A DNA stretch of 64,000 bases from Squalus acanthias (lineage: Eukaryota), in the NCBI GenBank assembly GCA_030390025.1, contig CM059432.1, positions 122,638,001 through 122,702,000 of the forward strand. Direction: 5' to 3'. The notes beneath the pieces were generated by a model. The model was not told where the DNA came from. It did no database searches and saw only the letters and a program-made list of their open reading frames with translations. The translations under genes were made by a program, and so were the position numbers. Below are positions 61,790 to 64,000 of this stretch, one piece after another. The first letter of the stretch is position 1, and each line of letters opens with the position of its first letter.

Positions 61790-64000
61790 AACATAAGAAC
61801 ATAAGAACATAAGAAATAGGAGCAGGAATAGGCTACTTGGCCCCTCGAGCCTGCTCCGCCATTCAATAAGATCATGGCTGATCTGGGCTCAAAGCCACTT
61901 TCCAGCCCGCTCCCCATAACCCTTCACTCCCTTATCTTGCAAAAATTTGTCTATCTCCACTTTAAATGTATTTAATGACCCAGCCTCCACAGCTCTCTGG
62001 GGCAGAGAATTCCACAAATTTACGACCCTCTGAGAGAAGAAGTTCCTCCTCATCTCAGTTCTAAAAGGGCGACCCTTTATTCTGAGACTGTGCCCCCGAG
62101 TTCTAGATTTCCCCATGAGGGGAAACATCCTCTCTGCATCTACCCTGTCGAGCCCCCTCAGTATCTTATATGTTTCGATAAGATCACCTCTCATTCTTCT
62201 AAATTCCCATGAGTATAGGCCCAGCCTGCTCAACCTTTCCTCATAAGTCAAACCCCTCATCTCTGGAATTAACCTAGAGAATCGTCTCTGAACTGCCTCC
62301 AATGCAAGTATATCCTTCCTTAAATAAGGAGACCAAAACTGTACGCAGTACTCAAGGTGTGGTCTCACCAATACCTTGTACAGTCGTAGCAGGACTTCCC
62401 TGCTTTTATACTCCAAAGCCCTTGAAATAAATGCCAACATTCCATTTGCCTTTTTGATTACTTGCTGTACCTACATGCTAACTTTTTGTGTTTCATCACA
62501 AGGACCCCCAGGTCCCTCTGAACTGTAGCATTTTGTAATCTCTCTCCATTTAAATAATAGTTTGCTTTTTTATTTTTCCTGTCAAAATGGATAATCTCAC
62601 ACTTTCCCACATTATACTCCATCTGCCAAATGTTTGCCCACTCACCTAGCCTGTCTATATCCCTTTGCAGATTGAGTCCTCTGCACAACTTGTTTTCCCA
62701 CCCATCTTTGTATCATCCGCAAACTTGGCTACATTACGCTCGATCCCTTCATCCAAGTCATTAATGTAGATTGTAAATAGTTGGGGCCCCAGCACCGATC
62801 CTTGTGGCACCCCACTAGTTACCGTTTGCCAACCAGAAAATGACCCATTTATCCCGACTCTCTGCTTTCTGTTAGTTAGCCAATTCTCTATCCATGCTAA
62901 TATATTACCCCAACTCCGTGAGCTCTTATCTTATGCAGTAACCTTTTATGTGGCGCCTTATCGAATGCCTTCTGGAAATCCAAATACACCACATCCACTG
63001 GCTCACCCTTTTCCACCCTGCTTGTTACATCCTCAAAGAACTCCAGAAAATTTCTTAAACATGATTTCCCTTTCCTAAAACCATGCTGACTCTGTTTGAC
63101 TGCAGTATGTTTTTCTAAATGCCCTGCTACTGCTTCCTTAATGAAGGACTCCAGCATTTTCCCAATGACAGATGTTAGGCTAACTTGTCTATAGATTCCT
63201 GCTTTCTGTCTTCCTCCTTTCTTAAATAGGGGTGTTACATTAGCAGTTTTCCAATCCGCTGGGACCTCTCCAGAGTCCAGGGAATTTTGGTATATTGCAA
63301 CCAATGCATCCACTATCTCTGCAGCCACTTCTTTTAAGACCCTGGGACGCAGGCCATCTGGTCCAGGCGACTTGTCGTCTTTTAGTCCCATTATTTTACC
63401 GAGTACTATTTCCTTAGTGATAGTGATTGTCTTTAGTTCCCCACTCCCTGTGGCCCCTTGATTATCCATTATTGGGATGTTGTTAGTGTCTTCTACAGTG
63501 AAGACAGATGCAAAATATTTGTTCAGAGTCTCAGCCATTTCCTCGTTCCCCATTATTAATTCCCCAGTCTCATCCTCTCAGGCACCAATGTTTACTTTAG
63601 CTACCCTCTTCCTTTTTATATACCTGTAGAAGCTCTTACTATCTGTTGTAATGTTTCTTGCCAGCATACTCTCATAATTCATCTTCTCTCTCTTTATTAT
63701 TTTTTGAGTCACCCTTTGCTGGTTTATAAAAATTTCCCAATCCTCTGGTCTCCCACCAATCTTGGCAACATTGTATGCCTTCATTTTCAATTTGATACCA
63801 TCCTTTACTTCCTCAGTTAGCCATGGATGGTGCTGCCTTCTCTTAAAATCTTTCATTCTCACTGGAATATATTTTTGTTGAGAGTTATGAAATATCTCCT
63901 TAAATGTCCACCACTGCATTTCAACTTTCTTACCCTTTAATTTGTTTTTCCAGTCCACTTTAGCCAGTTCTGCCCTCATGCCATTATAATTGCCTTTGTT
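61790..64000 (-). mobile_element. CR1 LINE 3' portion (ORF2 RT with frameshifts), runs off the right edge
   Basis: (aacataag)n tail; [29 protein letters not shown] and FFSQRVVNLWNSLP. Confidence 0.95.

Overview
Eukaryotic vertebrate DNA. The CR1, Deu-SINE and RTE repeat content suggests a cartilaginous fish, but this is an inference. 1-10.5 kb: 5' end of an unidentified minus-strand host gene (CpG-island first exon near 10.3 kb, coding exon running off the left edge); its intron holds LINE fragments and two MITEs. 10.5-41.4 kb: about 30 kb of 18-bp satellite with higher-order structure, a CR1 insertion and a 336-N gap. 42.1-60.7 kb: a nested stack in which a Deu-SINE is split by a full-length CR1, which is itself hit by a 1.64-kb solo LTR and by a young, nearly intact 12.5-kb provirus (47973-60473, minus strand). 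The provirus is the main finding. It has near-identical ~1.69-kb LTRs, a 4-bp TSD and a tRNA-Arg(UCG)-type PBS overlapping the first gag ATG. Gag has a coiled coil, an overlapping PSAP/PPxY late domain and a CCHC knuckle, and is joined in frame to pol through UGA-CUAG. Pol has a degenerate plus an active RNase H (retroviral tether architecture). Env looks like a paramyxo/pneumovirus-F-type class I fusogen with an extra N-terminal Ig-like domain and one in-frame stop. Together this resembles a lokiretrovirus-like element. Another CR1 fills the right end. All homology calls come from motif recognition by eye, with no database search.
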